Source of the DNA: Bdellovibrionota bacterium
Lineage (GTDB): Bacteria; Bdellovibrionota_C; UBA2361; JBIKUX01
Length of the DNA: 64,000 nucleotides
Direction: 5' to 3'
Assembly (NCBI GenBank): GCA_044347345.1
Contig: JBIKUX010000010.1
Location: 1-64,000, forward strand
Position numbers and translations under genes: made by a program. Below are positions 61,113 to 64,000 of the stretch, piece after piece. The notes beneath the pieces were generated by a model that saw only the letters and a program-made list of their open reading frames with translations, ran no database searches and had not been told where the DNA came from. Each line of letters opens with the position of its first letter. The first letter of the stretch is position 1.

Positions 61113-61640
61113 TTAAACGTTGCTGAAAGGGATTAAACCTAAGTTTTGAGCTCTTTTTATAGCTTTTGACACTTTTCTTTGGTTGTTTGCTTTCAGCCCA
61201 GTTAACCGCCGTGATAAAATTCGGCCACGTTCACTTACGAATCTTGACAGTACAGCTATGTCTCTATAGTCAACTGGCTTTTCAGGATCTTCAGTAAAAG
61301 GATCGAGTTTTTTCTTGCGACGAAACAACTGCATTCGCTGTATCGGGGGTAAAGGCTCGAATTTTTTTTGAGTACCCTCGGTTCCTCCTTTGCCACGATC
61401 CTCAACTACCTTAATTGGACGACCGTTTAGTATAAACCCGTTTAATTGCTCGCTAACACTACGAGCTGATTCTTCATTTTGCATTTCCACAAAGGCGAAT
61501 CCCTTTGAACGCTTACTATCTCGATCTACTGCTACTACCACGCTTGATGATGGGGCTATTGCGTCTACAGCCTCTCTTAGCTGTTCAGAGGTGACTTCGA
61601 AGTCTAGATTACTAACAAATAGTTTTTTCTTGATAGACAT
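61113..61640 (-). CDS. rpsR: RRM domain fused to ribosomal protein bS18
   Basis: N-terminal RNP2 LFVSNL and RNP1 KGFAFVEM; C-terminal VDYRD...L.RFVSERGRILSRR.TG.....QR.V..AIKRA..LGLIPF. Confidence 0.92.
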   Translation of the reverse strand: MSIKKKLFVSNLDFEVTSEQLREAVDAIAPSSSVVVAVDRDSKRSKGFAFVEMQNEESARSVSEQLNGFILNGRPIKVVEDRGKGGTEGTQKKFEPLPPIQRMQLFRRKKKLDPFTEDPEKPVDYRDIAVLSRFVSERGRILSRRLTGLKANNQRKVSKAIKRAQNLGLIPFSNV

Positions 61641-61771
61641 ATAACTTTTAAATTTTTAATCTCGGGTTGACGTTTAATCGTTCATTCCCCAGTCGTATAA
61701 TGCTTATATCTGACAGCGTCGTGAATGGCAATAAGATGTGACAGCTTTAGAGCAAAAAATAACCAGGGGGT

Positions 61772-62746
61772 TTGGCTAAAATGAATTATGCGAAGACAGA
61801 CTACAAAGACGATATTGAGTTGTGGTGGATGAAGAGTATCCTCCGCATAGCTGGTATCTACAATGTTTTCTTTGGTATTTGGTGTATATTATTTCCTACC
61901 TCGTTTTTTCGATTGAGCGGAATGGAATTGCCGAATTATCCGGAACTTTGGCAATGTATTGGCATGATAGTTGGAGTGTACGGAATAGGTTACTGGATTG
62001 CCGCCAGTGCTCCTCTTCGTCACTGGCCCATTGTTTTAGTAGGGTTAGTCGGCAAAATTCTCGGACCTTTGGGTTTTATTGGAGCTTTAATTTCAGGTCG
62101 TTGGACTCTTTCATCGGTATGGCTGATTGTTACTAATGATTTGGTGTGGTGGTTGCCGTTTGGTGCCATTCTTTGGGGTGTTACTCTGAGAAACATGGAT
62201 CCAGAATTTTTGGGTTTACTCTCAAAAAGCTCTAGAGATGAAGGAAAAAGACAATGGCAGGCGCTAATTAACAAATCCTCTCATAATCCAATTCTTGTGG
62301 TATTTTTAAGGCACTTAGGATGTATTTTTTGTGCTGAAGCTGTTAGCGAGCTTCGTGATATTTTGCCGTCGCTTAATTCGTCTGGAATTTCACTTACCGT
62401 GGTTTCAATGTCAGATGAAAAGAGTATTAAAGAGTATTTAGGTCAAGCTTTTAGTGATAAGAGTACGATGAGTGATATCGAGATTGTTAGCGATCCAACA
62501 ACAGCTCTTTACCGAGAAGTTCAGCTACCCAGAGGGTCTTTTTGGCAACTTTTTGGTTGGTCTTCTGCAGTTCGAGGATTCAGCGCGATGAAGAAAGGTT
62601 TTTTACCTGGTCGTTTATCTGGTGATGGAGCTCAACTTGCTGGGGTATTTTTGCTCAGTAACGGGGCAGTAGTAGCATCTCATCTAACCTCCTATGCTGG
62701 AGAGACCTTACAATTAAAGACTTTTTTACATGATAGCCTTCATTGA
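61772..62746 (+). CDS. Membrane domain + peroxiredoxin-like (AhpC/TSA_2, SelL-related) protein; start may be 61829
   Basis: Four TM segments, then FLRHLGCIFC, SDP...LY, GD..QL.GVF. Confidence 0.82.
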   Translation: MAKMNYAKTDYKDDIELWWMKSILRIAGIYNVFFGIWCILFPTSFFRLSGMELPNYPELWQCIGMIVGVYGIGYWIAASAPLRHWPIVLVGLVGKILGPLGFIGALISGRWTLSSVWLIVTNDLVWWLPFGAILWGVTLRNMDPEFLGLLSKSSRDEGKRQWQALINKSSHNPILVVFLRHLGCIFCAEAVSELRDILPSLNSSGISLTVVSMSDEKSIKEYLGQAFSDKSTMSDIEIVSDPTTALYREVQLPRGSFWQLFGWSSAVRGFSAMKKGFLPGRLSGDGAQLAGVFLLSNGAVVASHLTSYAGETLQLKTFLHDSLH

Positions 62747-63140
62747 AAATGCTCATTTTGCCGTAACCTTGGCAATGTTTGGTTTAATTTGGATGGTTCA
62801 AATAGTGCACTATCCAATGTTTAGTCTTGTTGGAGTTAATGAGTTTCCTAAATATGCCTCATGTCATCAAAGAAATATTAGTTTAGTAGTGATGCCTTTG
62901 ATGACTGTGGAGGCGGTAACAGGAGCTTTTTTGGTGGTTTTATATCCTGAAAGGATTACCTTCTGCATAGCTATGCTCGCTTTAGTGTTAATATGGGGGT
63001 CAACTTTTCTTATTCAAGTACCTCTGCATCGAAAGCTCGCAAAGGGTTTCGATGCAAGAAATCATGAGCTTTTGGTTAGAACTAATTGGATAAGAACCAT
63101 CTTATGGAGTTTTCGTTCCTTTCTTTTGTTATTGCCTTAA
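62730..63140 (+). CDS. Conserved membrane hypothetical protein
   Basis: GLIW.VQ.VHYP.F, T...QVP.H..L, LV..NW.RT..W. Confidence 0.75.
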   Translation: MIAFIENAHFAVTLAMFGLIWMVQIVHYPMFSLVGVNEFPKYASCHQRNISLVVMPLMTVEAVTGAFLVVLYPERITFCIAMLALVLIWGSTFLIQVPLHRKLAKGFDARNHELLVRTNWIRTILWSFRSFLLLLP

Positions 63141-63162
63141 GTCCATATTGAGTAAGGTTTGT

Positions 63163-64000
63163 ATGATTAGTGTCCGTAAGGTTCAAGTCGCTATAGTTGG
63201 AGGAGGATTCACTGGATTAGCTGCAGCTTATGAGCTGTCAAAAAGTGGGATAGAGGTAGCAGTTTTAGAATCAGAGCCCGAAATAGGTGGGCTCGCGGCA
63301 GCATTTAATGTAGAAGGTGAAAGACTTGATCGATTTTATCATCATTGGTTTACCAATGACCTTGAGGTGATGAATTTAATTGATGAGCTTGGTTTGCGCC
63401 ATCGGGTTGAGATTAACCCTACTAATACGGGTGTATACTACGCTAATAATTTCTTTAAATTATCAACACCCTGGGATTTACTAAATTTTTCTCCCTTAAA
63501 TTTTATTGATAGAATCAGGCTCGGACTTCTTGCGTTACGTGCTAGGCGAGTAAAAAATTGGAGGTCTCTTGAAAGTAAGACAGCGCATCAATGGCTAAAA
63601 GAGCTTGGTGGTGAAAATGTTTACCGAGTGGTTTGGCAGCCTCTACTAAAAGGGAAGTTTGGTCCATTCGCGGAGGAGATTTCTGCTGTTTGGTTTTGGA
63701 ATAAACTTAAACTTCGTGGTGGCAGTAGAGGTAAGAAAGGCGAAGAACAGTTGGCTTATTTTAAAGGCGGATTTATCTCATTAGCTGAATCTTTAGCACA
63801 AAAGATAAGAGACCTTGGTGGTTCTATAGCAGTAAGTAGTCCTGTAACCTCAGTCAAAAAAATTGATAATAATTGGTGTTTAGAGTTTGAAGATGAGAAG
63901 ACTCTGATTGCGGAGCACGTTATTTTTACAACAGCTTTGCCTATTGTTGCAAAGTTAATTGAAAGTTGGGCTGCGTCAGACTATCTGGATGCGCTTAGGA
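63163..64000 (+). CDS. FAD-dependent oxidoreductase (amine oxidase/protoporphyrinogen oxidase-like), truncated at window end
   Basis: Translated by hand: MISVRKVQVAIVGGGFTGLAAAYELSKSG..E....IGGLA...RFYHHWF; no stop seen before the edge. Confidence 0.88.
   Translation, partial: MISVRKVQVAIVGGGFTGLAAAYELSKSGIEVAVLESEPEIGGLAAAFNVEGERLDRFYHHWFTNDLEVMNLIDELGLRHRVEINPTNTGVYYANNFFKLSTPWDLLNFSPLNFIDRIRLGLLALRARRVKNWRSLESKTAHQWLKELGGENVYRVVWQPLLKGKFGPFAEEISAVWFWNKLKLRGGSRGKKGEEQLAYFKGGFISLAESLAQKIRDLGGSIAVSSPVTSVKKIDNNWCLEFEDEKTLIAEHVIFTTALPIVAKLIESWAASDYLDALR

Noticed and set aside
61668-61702. TTGACG...TATAAT sigma70 promoter
   Set aside because: Spacer of about 23 bp is too long.
3020-62274. Many short antisense or alternate-frame ORFs (e.g. 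3020-3313, 7088-7432, 24296-24607, 30708-31046, 61390-61644)
   Set aside because: Nested in well-supported genes and lacking recognisable motifs.

Overview
AT-rich bacterial chromosomal segment, mostly housekeeping genes. Gene content (large NAD-GDH, sigma54 flagellar-type regulators, FlgO, many lineage-specific hypotheticals) is compatible with a Gram-negative deltaproteobacteria/Bdellovibrionota-like organism, but this is inference only. It contains tRNA-Ala(GGC), a second tRNA-like 5' half interrupted by a structured insert at the left edge, a GT2, a carbamoyltransferase with an SxtJ-like partner, aat/clpS/clpA, a RimK-like ligase/7TM/retropepsin-like trio, a membrane GT51 with a GT-C-like partner and an amidase, a beta-CASP nuclease with a tRNA nucleotidyltransferase, a Fur-family regulator, pckA, sufC-sufD-Rieske-sufU, a degenerate hybrid kinase, TetR and NarL regulators, gdhB, bioD, a FleQ/FleS/FleR-like cluster, a GT41/GT71 pair, rsgA, an orphan fliG, a decayed IS3-family element, an amgK/RapZ-C/murU-like cluster, and an RRM-bS18 fusion. 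No CRISPR array, rRNA or prophage was seen. The most striking items are the RRM-bS18 fusion, the interrupted tRNA (possible group I intron), the HMW1C-like/GT71 glycosylation pair and the phosphorelay protein with all phospho-sites apparently lost. All calls come from motif recognition by eye; no database searches were run.
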